A stretch of DNA of 64,000 nucleotides from an uncultured Alphaproteobacteria bacterium (lineage in GTDB: Bacteria; Pseudomonadota; Alphaproteobacteria; Rs-D84). Positions 7,996 through 17,941 of the stretch are shown in pieces. A program made the position numbers and the translations under genes. Under the pieces are notes generated by a model. The model had not been told where the DNA came from. It made no database searches and saw nothing but the letters and a program-made list of their open reading frames with translations. The DNA lies in contig CAMRSV010000001.1 in NCBI GenBank assembly GCA_947053455.1, positions 36,937-100,936 of the forward strand, given 5' to 3'. Numbering within the stretch: the stretch's first letter is position 1; every line of letters starts with the position of its first letter.

Positions 7996-9729
7996 TTAGC
8001 ACGGCATTTTCACTGCATCACGCATTTTATTTACAAATGCGTCCAGTGACATTGTTTCCTGCTTTTCTACCCCAAGGGTACGCAGTGTTACATTTTTATC
8101 GGCCTGCTCTTTCTCGCCTACGACGGCGATAATCGGGGTTTTGGCCATTGACAGTTCACGAATTTTATAGTTTACCTTTTCATCGCGTAAATCGGCGTGC
8201 GCATTAACACCGGCATCACGCAGCGCGGTTACAACTTCATTCGCATATTCTTTGAACTTTTCTGAAATGGGGGTTACCACCACCGGTTCCGGCGACAACC
8301 ACAGCGGCAAATTCCCACCCGTTGATTCCAGCAAAATACCCATAAATCGTTCAATGGAACCAAGCATTGCACGATGCAACATAATCGGACGATGTTTTTC
8401 CCCGTCTTCGCCGATATAGGACAAATCAAACCGTTCCGGCAGATTCATATCCAGCTGAACTGTCCCGCACTGCCACGTGCGTCCCATGGAATCCTTTAGA
8501 TAATTGTCAATTTTCGGGCCATAAAACGCTGCATCGCCTTCTGCAATCTCGTATTCAATGCCGTTCGCATCCAACGCATGACGCAACGCGCCCTCCGCCT
8601 TGTCCCAGATTTCGTCCGATCCAATACGGAATTCCGATTCTTTTCGCGTCGCCAATTTCATTGAAATTTTTTCAAATCCGAACTTGCTGTAAATATCCTT
8701 AATAAAGCGCAGGATTTTTACAACCTCGGTCTCAAGCTGTTCTTCTGTGCAAAAGATGTGTGCGTCGTCCTGGGTAAATTCGCGTACACGCATCAGGCCA
8801 GACAGGCCGCCGGCCGCCTCATATCTGTTAACCTTGCCAAATTCCGCCAAATACATCGGCAGGTCTTTATAAGACTTTATTCCCTGACCAAATACCAGCA
8901 TTCCACCCGGACATGACATCGGTTTTACACAGAAAGTCTTGCCATCCTGTGTTTTACCGGAATAATTATGTTCGCCATATTTTGCCCAGTGGCCACTGCG
9001 TTCCCACAGGCACCTATCCATAACCGCCGGGGTTGAAATTTCAAGGTAGCCCGCCCGTTCTTGACGTGCACGAACATATTCAATCAAGCGCCGATAAATT
9101 CTATATCCCTTGTCATGCCAGAATACCGCACCCGGCGCGTATTCCGGTTCAAAATGGAACAAGTCCATATCACGCCCAAGCTTTCGGTTGTCGCGCGCGG
9201 CGGCCTCTTCTTGCATTTTAAGGAACGCGTCCAATTCCTCGCGCGTTGCAAATGCATCGACATAAATGCGCTGCAACATTTTATTTTTTGCATCACCCTT
9301 CCAGTATGCGCCGGCAACCGAACGGATTTTAAACCCGTCGCGTGGCAAATCCTTGGAACTTTCCACATGCGGGCCACGGCACAAATCCGTAAAATCGCGG
9401 AACGAATAAATCGAGAGTTGTTCACCCGCCGCATCATATTCACGCAACCATTCGGTTTTATACGGCTGCGCGGCAAAAATTTCCATTGCTTCGTCGCGCG
9501 AAACAAATCGCTGTTCAAACCGGCCATTTGATTTTATCAACGCGCGCATTTCCTTTTCAATTTTTTCAAAATCTTCGTTGGTAAATCTGTGTTCGGTATC
9601 AAAATCGTAATAAAAACCGTTTTCAATCGCAGGACCGCCACCAAATTTTACATCCGGATATAAGTTCTGAACCGCCGCCGCCAAAACATGCGCCAACGAA
9701 TGTCTTATTGTTTCAAGTTCATATGACAT
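7996..9729 (-). CDS. thrS: threonine--tRNA ligase (lacks N-terminal TGS domain)
   Basis: 577 aa starting at the N2/editing-like region (SLAHVLAAAV..NGFYYDFD), followed by class II core motifs. AAGGA RBS precedes ATG 9729. Confidence 0.9.
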   Translation of the reverse strand: MSYELETIRHSLAHVLAAAVQNLYPDVKFGGGPAIENGFYYDFDTEHRFTNEDFEKIEKEMRALIKSNGRFEQRFVSRDEAMEIFAAQPYKTEWLREYDAAGEQLSIYSFRDFTDLCRGPHVESSKDLPRDGFKIRSVAGAYWKGDAKNKMLQRIYVDAFATREELDAFLKMQEEAAARDNRKLGRDMDLFHFEPEYAPGAVFWHDKGYRIYRRLIEYVRARQERAGYLEISTPAVMDRCLWERSGHWAKYGEHNYSGKTQDGKTFCVKPMSCPGGMLVFGQGIKSYKDLPMYLAEFGKVNRYEAAGGLSGLMRVREFTQDDAHIFCTEEQLETEVVKILRFIKDIYSKFGFEKISMKLATRKESEFRIGSDEIWDKAEGALRHALDANGIEYEIAEGDAAFYGPKIDNYLKDSMGRTWQCGTVQLDMNLPERFDLSYIGEDGEKHRPIMLHRAMLGSIERFMGILLESTGGNLPLWLSPEPVVVTPISEKFKEYANEVVTALRDAGVNAHADLRDEKVNYKIRELSMAKTPIIAVVGEKEQADKNVTLRTLGVEKQETMSLDAFVNKMRDAVKMPC

Positions 9730-9908
9730 GATAAAAATCCTTAATATTCTTTAGTTATTTATTGTTTAACTTAAATTATACATAGCGCGCGGAAAACCGC
9801 AAATAGAAATTACACCCCCAAAGGGGTTGTAGTTGTTGTAAAAGCAATAAACATAAGAACACAATCTTTCATGACAAATATTATGTCTTGAATATGGTAC
9901 AAAGTCAA

Positions 9909-9937
9909 TAAAAAACGCCCCGTTTGGGGCGTTTTTA
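9909..9937. terminator. bidirectional rho-independent terminator
   Basis: AAAAACGCCCCGTTTGGGGCGTTTTT. Confidence 0.8.
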
Positions 9938-10684
9938 TCAGAAATCAATTATGCATCCGAACAGTACCGCGAAAAAGAAACACACCGTGCCACCAATTAC
10001 AAACAGATGCCATATTGCATGCGAATATTTCATGCGACGCCACAAATAAAATATCACCCCCAGCGAGTATGACAGGCCGCCCGCCAATATAAACCACATG
10101 CCGAGCGCCGGTATATGACGCAACATTGCCGGCAATATAAACAGCATTGTCCATCCCATAACCAGATACAGCAACACCATCCATTTCGGCTGCTGCTTTG
10201 GATTTCTGATTTTCATGACGGCGCCAAATATTACAATCGCCCAAAGTATTCCAAACACAGTCCACCCAATCCCGCCACGCAGATTCACCAGGCAAAACGG
10301 AGTATATGTCCCGGCAATAAGCGCATATATTGCAACACTATCCCAAACTTCAAAAAAGCATTCAGATTTTTGTCCGATGGACGCATGACACATGGTCGAA
10401 CCAAAATATAATGTAAACATTGTGACACCGAAAATTGCGGTCGACACAATCGCCCACGCATCCCCCTTTAGCGCCGCAAACACCACCAGCAGTGTCAATG
10501 CCGCAATTGCGATTCCAATTCCGATTCCGTGCGTCAATATGTTTAACGCCTCTTCGGCGCGAGTGCTGGGGCGTTCCCAACGAAACAGCCCGGTTGCCCG
10601 CAGCGCCCGCAATATGCACGACGCATGAGTATCACGCTTTACGGCCTTTAATTTTGTCTTAACTTGTTTTTTTGTTTTTGTCAT
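9938..10684 (-). CDS. hemolysin III / PAQR family membrane protein
   Basis: 7-TM protein with a C-terminal HAIWHLFVIGG motif. The likely start MTKTKKQ is at 10684; the track ORF extends to 10855 and overlaps gltX. Confidence 0.75.
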   Translation of the reverse strand: MTKTKKQVKTKLKAVKRDTHASCILRALRATGLFRWERPSTRAEEALNILTHGIGIGIAIAALTLLVVFAALKGDAWAIVSTAIFGVTMFTLYFGSTMCHASIGQKSECFFEVWDSVAIYALIAGTYTPFCLVNLRGGIGWTVFGILWAIVIFGAVMKIRNPKQQPKWMVLLYLVMGWTMLFILPAMLRHIPALGMWFILAGGLSYSLGVIFYLWRRMKYSHAIWHLFVIGGTVCFFFAVLFGCIIDF

Positions 10685-12258
10685 TTTAATATATCCCCTA
10701 TTCTTTTTATTACGCGATTCTCCCCCAGAACATTTATTATTGAATACAAATCCGGCGTGTTCGTGCGTCCCGATAGCGCCACGCGCAGGCTCATTGCCAC
10801 ATCGCCGTTTTTGACGCCCAGTTTCTCGGCAATAGAAACAATTTTCGCCCACCATGCATCCTTGTCGTCAGACGCATTATACACCGCCAAAAATTCACGC
10901 AATGCGTCACGGTTATATTCAAATTCAGTATTTGGCACAAACAGTGCATCCCAGAAAAACGCAACGTTTTCCAGCGTCTGGCGCCAAGTGATAAAATCCT
11001 TGCGCACGCGCTTTGGATTATCACGCTCAATCGAGAGCACATCGGTCAAATAATCCCTGTCTGCGACCTGCATTTTGTGTTTATCATCACCGTATTCGTT
11101 TGCCCAATTGGTGATACGCGAAACCAATTCCGACACCGGCAGCGCACCAATAAATTCCTTAGCCCACCATTCCAATTTTTTCATATCAAACAACGCGCCC
11201 GACATCGGAATCTTTTTCGGCCGCATTTCATATTCCCAAATGGATTTGACGGTCCCCTTGTTTTTCGCCTCTTCATATCCAGATGCTGCGATATTGAACA
11301 AATATTCCAGAACTGATTCTGTCGGCCACCCGTCGCGCAGGAAATATTCCACATTCGCTTCTGGATCCTTGCGCTTGGAAAGTTTGCGTTGCTTACCGGT
11401 TTCCTCATCAATCTTGTCAATAGTTGATGTATGGATATACATTGGCGCCGGCCAATCCATCATGCGAAACAGTGCCACATGCAACGGCAATGACGGCAAC
11501 CATTCTTCGCCACGGATAACATGCGTTGTGCGCATAAAATGGTCGTCCACCAAGTGTGCAAAATGATATGTCGGCAATCCATCGTTTGATTTGATTAAAA
11601 CCAAATCCTCGTTATTTTCGGGAAAACCGACGGAACCACGGACTGCATCCTTGCAGAATATACGGCGCGACGGGTCACCCATAGAATACAGGCGAATTGT
11701 CGGCACTTCACCTGCATCCAGGTGCGCTACAATTTCGTCTTCGGTTAAATTTCTATCGCGTGCAAATTCCCCGTAAATGCCGGTTGGGAAACCCGCCGCC
11801 TTTTGATCCGCACGGATTTTTTCCATATCTTCCGATGTCAAGAAACACGGATATGCCAACCCCCGGCGCAATAAATCCGCCGCGACCGAATGATATATGT
11901 CTTTGCGCTGCGACTGATAATATGGGCCATAGACATCATCATTATTATATTTCAAACCGAATCGCGCCATTGACGCAACGATAATTTTTACCGCGTCTGC
12001 AACCTCGCGCTTGGTATCGGTATCTTCAATACGCAGCATGAACACCCCGCCCGACTGTTGCGCCAATTTGCAATCAATCAAGGCACCATACAATCCACCC
12101 AGATGCATATAGCCTGTGGGACTTGGCGCAAAGCGCGTGACAAGCGCACCATCCGGCAAATCGCGCGGGGGAAATTTCTCTTCCAACTGCGCCAATGTAT
12201 ATCTTGGCGCCGTCCCCAGAATACGCGTAATAAGTTGTTCTGATAAACTCTGTCTCAT
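10681..12258 (-). CDS. gltX: glutamate--tRNA ligase
   Basis: Class I HIGH-like motif (PTGYMHLGG) and KLSKRK (KMSKS); 525 aa. Confidence 0.88.
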   Translation of the reverse strand: MRQSLSEQLITRILGTAPRYTLAQLEEKFPPRDLPDGALVTRFAPSPTGYMHLGGLYGALIDCKLAQQSGGVFMLRIEDTDTKREVADAVKIIVASMARFGLKYNNDDVYGPYYQSQRKDIYHSVAADLLRRGLAYPCFLTSEDMEKIRADQKAAGFPTGIYGEFARDRNLTEDEIVAHLDAGEVPTIRLYSMGDPSRRIFCKDAVRGSVGFPENNEDLVLIKSNDGLPTYHFAHLVDDHFMRTTHVIRGEEWLPSLPLHVALFRMMDWPAPMYIHTSTIDKIDEETGKQRKLSKRKDPEANVEYFLRDGWPTESVLEYLFNIAASGYEEAKNKGTVKSIWEYEMRPKKIPMSGALFDMKKLEWWAKEFIGALPVSELVSRITNWANEYGDDKHKMQVADRDYLTDVLSIERDNPKRVRKDFITWRQTLENVAFFWDALFVPNTEFEYNRDALREFLAVYNASDDKDAWWAKIVSIAEKLGVKNGDVAMSLRVALSGRTNTPDLYSIINVLGENRVIKRIGDILK

Positions 12259-12305
12259 ATTTATTTAACCTTGTTTTCTTAATCAATGAATTTTATACTA
12301 AAAAT

Positions 12306-12932
12306 ATGGAAAAACAAGAAATAAGAACTTTTGGGCGCAGGCACGGAAAAAAACTGTCCCTGCGAAAAGAATATTTGATAGCGCACGTTTTGCCGCAAAT
12401 TGCACCTGTAACCGACGCAAAAATACTTGAAATTGGTTTCGGCGCAGGCGAACATGTACGCCAATTGTCGTCGGATAATCCAGACACTATCATCATCGGT
12501 GCAGAACCATTTATGAATGGGGTTGCCTCCCTGCTGTCGGCGATAACGGACGAAAAAACAAACTTGATTTCGCCACAGTATAAAAACATACGCATATTTG
12601 CGGACGATGTGCGCATAATGCTAAAAAAACCAAATTTTAAATTTAGCGAAATATGGGTTCTGCACCCTGACCCGTGGCCAAAGGCAAAACATGAAAAACG
12701 CCGCCTGTTAAATGCAGAGTTTTTGACACTACTGTCAGAACATTTGGAAAAAGACGGTAAAATAATAATAGGCACGGATCATTGGGAATATTACGAGTGG
12801 ATAACTGAACGCATCCCAGAAACCCCGCTGCGCATTCTTGCAACAAATCTTGAAACAATACAAACCCGGTACCAGTCTAAAAACATGGCCGGAACAGATG
12901 CGCCTAAATACCTAATCTTGCAAAACAGGTAA
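12306..12932 (+). CDS. trmB: tRNA (guanine46-N7)-methyltransferase
   Basis: 208 aa SAM-dependent methyltransferase fold (EIGFGAGEH) with TrmB-like length and motifs. Confidence 0.8.
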   Translation: MEKQEIRTFGRRHGKKLSLRKEYLIAHVLPQIAPVTDAKILEIGFGAGEHVRQLSSDNPDTIIIGAEPFMNGVASLLSAITDEKTNLISPQYKNIRIFADDVRIMLKKPNFKFSEIWVLHPDPWPKAKHEKRRLLNAEFLTLLSEHLEKDGKIIIGTDHWEYYEWITERIPETPLRILATNLETIQTRYQSKNMAGTDAPKYLILQNR

Positions 12933-13106
12933 CGCGTTTGAACTATAATGGCGTGGCGCTGATTTTTTGTATCTAACCGGATGTTTTGCGACGGGCGCCG
13001 TACACACATTACACGCAGGAATCACTTTCAAGTTCGATGCCACGGCGCCATCCGGCGCGACACCAGCAAAAGCAAATATAAGAAAAACACATACAACACG
13101 CATCAT
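12912..13106 (-). CDS. small putative secreted protein (64 aa)
   Basis: Signal-peptide-like N-terminus. Its start overlaps the stop of the upstream gene (ATGA at 13103-13106), suggesting translational coupling. Confidence 0.3.
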   Translation of the reverse strand: MMRVVCVFLIFAFAGVAPDGAVASNLKVIPACNVCTAPVAKHPVRYKKSAPRHYSSNALPVLQD

Positions 13107-13822
13107 TTTCTACCCGCGGCTATAAAAAATCCGATACGATTGCATAGTTCGGGTCGCATAGATTTTACCAGCCGCAAAACCTGCTGAACACGAAAATCAG
13201 ACATCGGTGCAAATAAAACGTCGCCTTCAAATTCATTGTCAAACGAATCCAACATCCCATAAACTCGCCCTACAAAATCCGATTTATCGCCCGCATCGTC
13301 TGCAAATGCAAATATTACAGACGATGCCTTTATAGACTTTAAATTTTCAAAAACTACCGGCCAATCGCACGGCGCTATGTCGCCCAAATCCATCCCTATT
13401 GACAATTCACGGTTAAAAAATAAATCTTCGCGTATTGCGTGAAATTCATCGACGAACCACCCCAGCATTGAAACCGGCATAAAAACCTGGGTTCCGGCGG
13501 CGCCACTGCGAAATGCCGAATTTATGCGTGCGGATAAATCCACCGCGGTATTTGTGCGTGTGGCCACACCGCTTTTTTCAACAACAAATCGTGCGATTAT
13601 ATCGGTATTTGTTTTTTCCAACCACGGCCACAGGGACGCGACCGCATCGGGCGCCGCAGATATTCGCCCCATATTGTTTGCCAGCACATATTCCGCCGCC
13701 ACGGCCAAATCGGCCCCTTTTACATATGACGGAACCCATGCAAAAACATGCCCATCAAAATCTTCAAAAAACATATTATGTTCAATCATTATGCTTTTTA
13801 CTTTATCATAAATATGATACAA
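13103..13822 (-). CDS. hypothetical protein (239 aa)
   Basis: Long ORF with coding-like composition. No family recognised by eye. Confidence 0.55.
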   Translation of the reverse strand: MYHIYDKVKSIMIEHNMFFEDFDGHVFAWVPSYVKGADLAVAAEYVLANNMGRISAAPDAVASLWPWLEKTNTDIIARFVVEKSGVATRTNTAVDLSARINSAFRSGAAGTQVFMPVSMLGWFVDEFHAIREDLFFNRELSIGMDLGDIAPCDWPVVFENLKSIKASSVIFAFADDAGDKSDFVGRVYGMLDSFDNEFEGDVLFAPMSDFRVQQVLRLVKSMRPELCNRIGFFIAAGRK

Positions 13823-13832
13823 TTAAAGACAA

Positions 13833-14741
13833 ATGAGAAATAGAATAGATAATATATTGCTGGGAATATTATGGGTTCTAGCGGTGACGCTTGGAACCAG
13901 TTTTTGGTTTAACACGCAATTCGGATTCAACATGTTTTCCGACGCCCACTGGCAATATCTGGCCTATCTTCAGGCATCGCAGTCACATGTCCGACCAATG
14001 TTTTATGTGTCACTGGCGGCGGCTATATTTATATTAATATTTGGCCTATATATATTAATGCGCCCGCGGCGCCGTAAAATAAGGCTCGGTCAAAAACCAA
14101 TCGTTGCAGACATGAATAAAAAGCCTGTCAACAACACGCAAACTGATGCATCAACAATAGATATTGTAGCGGCCGAGCCCACCCCAAAGCCCGCCACTGC
14201 ATCACCCGTAATTGATTCAAAACGGCCACCGCGACTAAATTTGCCACCCATAACAAATCGCGCGCCCCAACCGCATCAATCGCAACCGCTGGGCACAACA
14301 ATGTTGCAGCCAAACACAAGCCCGGACGCCAATGCGGCGGAAATAAGAAAAATCTTTGAAGACGCTGGCTACTTAATAAAAAAGAACCCACAAATCGGCA
14401 ACACGCGCCCCAGCCTGTTTGCAATCGGAACAAACGAGGTATTGTGGATTGGCGCATCAAATATTTCCACGACTGATATGCGCCGCGCCATAAACAAACT
14501 GTCGAATATATTTACCGACACACTGGATAACATAGAAATAAATATTAATGGATTTGTAATAAACGCAACCGACGCCGCAACATCAGAATTTCAAGACATA
14601 CTTATGTTTGCTGATGTGAACGCCCTGCGCGACTATATGGCGGGACATCACAATCCCCCGCTGCCACCGGACGACGAAGGTAACTTTGACGCATATTCAG
14701 CATACATCGGAACAGTAATAGATTATATAGGTAAAATGTAA
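13833..14741 (+). CDS. hypothetical membrane-anchored protein with Pro-rich linker (302 aa)
   Basis: N-terminal TM helices, a P/T/Q-rich linker, and a C-terminal globular domain. First gene of a 4-gene + strand operon. Confidence 0.55.
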   Translation: MRNRIDNILLGILWVLAVTLGTSFWFNTQFGFNMFSDAHWQYLAYLQASQSHVRPMFYVSLAAAIFILIFGLYILMRPRRRKIRLGQKPIVADMNKKPVNNTQTDASTIDIVAAEPTPKPATASPVIDSKRPPRLNLPPITNRAPQPHQSQPLGTTMLQPNTSPDANAAEIRKIFEDAGYLIKKNPQIGNTRPSLFAIGTNEVLWIGASNISTTDMRRAINKLSNIFTDTLDNIEININGFVINATDAATSEFQDILMFADVNALRDYMAGHHNPPLPPDDEGNFDAYSAYIGTVIDYIGKM

Positions 14742-14742
14742 A

Positions 14743-15249
14743 ATGCAAATAAACCAGTCCACGGCAGAAAAAAGAATGCGAGAGCTTGGTATGGACGACA
14801 TGCCGTTGATGCAGTTATCCGTAAAGCCGGCTCGCGTTGAGGAAAACTGGTTTGCAAAATATCGGGAAACTGTTCGGAAATTTATGATGTCACTTACCGA
14901 TTCGGTTGAAAGTCTGGCATTTATGAACTTGTCCCAGGATGAATTTATGTCCCTGATTATGGGACGGGCGGTACCAGAAAATTTGTCTGTGCGTATGCGT
15001 GTGCCATTATTTTTGGGCGGCCCCATTGAAATAGACAACATGTTTTTGTGCCGTACGTTCCCACATTCGCATAATCTAGACAGATTTATAATTGAACAAA
15101 ACGGAGCCGCAACACTATGGTTGCCGAACCCATCAAAAAAAATATATCTGCCGGCGCACACCACAGGCGGTGGCGATGGCGGTAACGCAACCGAAGACCG
15201 CCTAGCGCAAATTGCAGCACAAATCGCCGCAGGCCGCGGTATGGAATAA
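14743..15249 (+). CDS. hypothetical protein (168 aa)
   Basis: Start is 2 nt after the previous stop (operon). Contains an FPHSHNLD segment of unknown meaning. Confidence 0.5.
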   Translation: MQINQSTAEKRMRELGMDDMPLMQLSVKPARVEENWFAKYRETVRKFMMSLTDSVESLAFMNLSQDEFMSLIMGRAVPENLSVRMRVPLFLGGPIEIDNMFLCRTFPHSHNLDRFIIEQNGAATLWLPNPSKKIYLPAHTTGGGDGGNATEDRLAQIAAQIAAGRGME

Positions 15250-15258
15250 GGAATCAAA

Positions 15259-15693
15259 ATGACCAATGACGAATTCTTGTCATCTATAAAGTCACGTGGG
15301 GCATCGTTCGCACCTGGGGCGACACAACGCGATATAATATTGGCAACAAACGCGCTAATGGCAATGCAGGCCGCCAGACTGCCGCAATATATGTCAGAAA
15401 TATATACAAATGCCGGCGGAATAAATCTTGGGTCAGGATATATTTTCGGCCCAACCGAATGGAAAACTAACCGTAAAGTGCCCGTACCGTCAATCGTAAA
15501 CATAAATAATGAAATCGCAAAAATTCAGTCGATGCATGGAAAAACCGTATTTGGTCGTAATGATTTATTCTGGTTTGTATTTGACACGTTCGGCACGTGC
15601 TATATGCTGGATAACGTGGCATTGCGCGAATTACGCAAATACGACAATCCATACAAGGCTATGACCGATTGCCTGGTTGCGGGGAAATTTTAA
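15259..15693 (+). CDS. hypothetical protein (144 aa)
   Basis: Third operon member. No recognised family. Confidence 0.5.
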   Translation: MTNDEFLSSIKSRGASFAPGATQRDIILATNALMAMQAARLPQYMSEIYTNAGGINLGSGYIFGPTEWKTNRKVPVPSIVNINNEIAKIQSMHGKTVFGRNDLFWFVFDTFGTCYMLDNVALRELRKYDNPYKAMTDCLVAGKF

Positions 15694-15695
15694 AG

Positions 15696-15896
15696 ATGAA
15701 AAAAATATCGGTTTCATTGTCCGGGCATCAAACCAGCATTTCGCTGGAACCCGAATTCATAGATACATTGCATGAAATTGCAGGCGCCCAAAATCGACCA
15801 GTTGGCGCAATAATAAATGAAATTGATAAAACACGTGGGCGAACAAACCTGTCGTCCGCTGTGCGTGTATGGATTTTGAAAAACAAACATTCCTGA
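15696..15896 (+). CDS. ribbon-helix-helix (RHH_4-type) DNA-binding protein
   Basis: MKKISVSLSGHQTSISLEPEFIDTLHEIAGAQNRPVGAIINEID..NLSSAVRVWIL matches the conserved alphaproteobacterial RHH family pattern. Confidence 0.7.
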   Translation: MKKISVSLSGHQTSISLEPEFIDTLHEIAGAQNRPVGAIINEIDKTRGRTNLSSAVRVWILKNKHS

Positions 15897-15937
15897 CAAT
15901 AATCTATTTTAACACCAGCTAATGTGACATCTATTTT

Positions 15938-17941
15938 TTAATCAGATTTTGCGCGTGCCCCACAAATCGCACCAATACAGGAAACAATCAAAATAATTAT
16001 CATCCATGCATTTCTCCCAACCACCCGATATGGGGTCAAATGCGCCGTGCCGACATTTCCGTCAAGCACCCCTGGGGAACCGACCGGCAAATATGACACC
16101 ACCCGACCCGCCGCATCAACAAATGCACTTATTCCAGAATAATTCGCCCGAACAATCGGCGTGCCCGATTCAATCGCATAACGACGAACCATATCCAAAT
16201 GCTGATAAACGCCGGGCGTGTTGCCGAACCATGTATCATTTGTTATGTTTACAATCGCATCGGGCATCGCACCACGTGGTATCAGGGAATCAGAAAAAAT
16301 GATTTCATAACAAATTGCGGGCGCAAATGTAAATTCGCCACCATTGGTCTTGATAGAAATTATTTCTGGGCCTTTGCCGCGGTTTAAATCCGCGGGCGAC
16401 GGCATGATTCCGCCCAATGGTGAATATTCGCCGAACGGCACCAGGTGCGATTTGTTGTATATTTTTTGAACCATGCCATCCGCATCAGCCACAATCATTG
16501 AATTATAAAGTTTCGAATCCAAAAATGCAGTCGCCCCCAATACGACGGGACGTTTCAAGGCACGCGACATCGGCATGTCATTATCAACTACGACAAATGG
16601 GTATGTCGTTTCTGGAAAAATTATAATATCCGGATTCCCACCCGCGGCGGCCAAATCAATTAATTTCACAACGCCCCGCTCTGCACTGGCGATGCGTTCG
16701 GCACGAGATGCGCCATACGATATCTTCTCGGACTGGGCGCGTGCCGGTTGAACAATACGAATTGTTACTGATGATGGAACATTATCAAAGTTTGACTTTC
16801 GAATATTTTCATATCCAAAAATGGCGCCACCAATCAATGCAGCAACAAAAAAAATCGCGGAAATCATGCACATACGACATTTTCTATTACCTATAAAATC
16901 AACCGCCGCCGCAATCAGACCGACAATTATAAACGTAAGTCCCAATGCACCCCACAACGACATTGAATTTGCAATCACAGGATATGGCATTGCAATGTTT
17001 GCGACCGGATTCCATGGGAACCCTGTTAGCACCCATTCGCGCATCCACAACACCAATGTCCAAGAACCTGCGAAAACAAATGCCCGAGATGCAACCGACG
17101 CAAAATGCGCAGCCATAACAAATGGAATTGCAAACACAACCGCCCCGGCCAACCCCATGGCCAGCAACGCCGGAACGGTCCAGACTGCAAATTCTGCGGT
17201 CAATTCTGGAACAACATAAATTGAATTTAATGCCCACCAAAACATTGCAATGGCATATCCTGCGCCAAAAGGTGCCACCCGTAAAAACGAGAGCCATATT
17301 GTTTTGCGTGTTTTCCGCATCAATATCCAATACGCGAATCCAATCCCAACAATCGTTGCAGGCCATATATAAAATGGTGCAAAACCAAGTGCGGAAACAA
17401 CGCCGCAAAAAAACGGCGCAATTATATTTAACAGCCACTTTGCACGCCGCGACACCTTGCCGGACGCAGTAACAGTAACGTCATCCATATATGGATTTTT
17501 TAACCCTAATTTTTCCATTATTTTTATTTCGAATGATTCCATAATTTCTGCATCATCATCTTTGATATGATCATACCCCTGCAGGTGCAGCATCCCATGA
17601 ACCACCATGTGTGCAGTATGTTCGGCAACGGAAATTTTTGCGGCCGCCGCCTCGCGACGAACAGTATCAATAGATATATATATATCACCCATCAACACTG
17701 GGTCACCCAGTTCAAAAGACAAAACATTAGTCGGCCGGTCAATTCCGCGATAACTTTGATTCAATTCATGAATTTCTTTGTCATTTGTCAGAATAATCGA
17801 AACTTCAGAATCTTTGTATGCAGCGCCCACCGCCATGCAGGCGATTTTTTCAAAATCTATTTTATACTTTTTCCAACGATTATCGTTATAATTAACCCAA
17901 ACCTTCATTATTTGCCCCCAACGATTATGCGGTGTAATCAC
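15938..17941 (-). CDS. YbeY endoribonuclease (N-terminal ~150 aa, HGxLHLxGYDH) fused in-frame to apolipoprotein N-acyltransferase Lnt (C-terminal ~515 aa, CN-hydrolase)
   Basis: A single 667-aa ORF. The YbeY motif HGMLHLQGYDH is followed, without a stop, by MDDVTVTAS... (internal ATG at 17488), Lnt TM helices, and the catalytic CYEIIF region. Confidence 0.7.
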   Translation of the reverse strand: MITPHNRWGQIMKVWVNYNDNRWKKYKIDFEKIACMAVGAAYKDSEVSIILTNDKEIHELNQSYRGIDRPTNVLSFELGDPVLMGDIYISIDTVRREAAAAKISVAEHTAHMVVHGMLHLQGYDHIKDDDAEIMESFEIKIMEKLGLKNPYMDDVTVTASGKVSRRAKWLLNIIAPFFCGVVSALGFAPFYIWPATIVGIGFAYWILMRKTRKTIWLSFLRVAPFGAGYAIAMFWWALNSIYVVPELTAEFAVWTVPALLAMGLAGAVVFAIPFVMAAHFASVASRAFVFAGSWTLVLWMREWVLTGFPWNPVANIAMPYPVIANSMSLWGALGLTFIIVGLIAAAVDFIGNRKCRMCMISAIFFVAALIGGAIFGYENIRKSNFDNVPSSVTIRIVQPARAQSEKISYGASRAERIASAERGVVKLIDLAAAGGNPDIIIFPETTYPFVVVDNDMPMSRALKRPVVLGATAFLDSKLYNSMIVADADGMVQKIYNKSHLVPFGEYSPLGGIMPSPADLNRGKGPEIISIKTNGGEFTFAPAICYEIIFSDSLIPRGAMPDAIVNITNDTWFGNTPGVYQHLDMVRRYAIESGTPIVRANYSGISAFVDAAGRVVSYLPVGSPGVLDGNVGTAHLTPYRVVGRNAWMIIILIVSCIGAICGARAKSD

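Noticed and set aside
7849-8049. 66-aa + strand ORF overlapping thrS terminator and small lipoprotein gene
   Set aside because: No RBS. It spans a palindromic terminator and is antisense to a better-supported lipoprotein ORF.
16821-17438. 132-aa + and 179-aa - overlapping ORFs within lnt
   Set aside because: They lie inside the Lnt membrane domain coding region. Cys/Gly-rich repetitive translations are typical of off-frame reading of hydrophobic codons.
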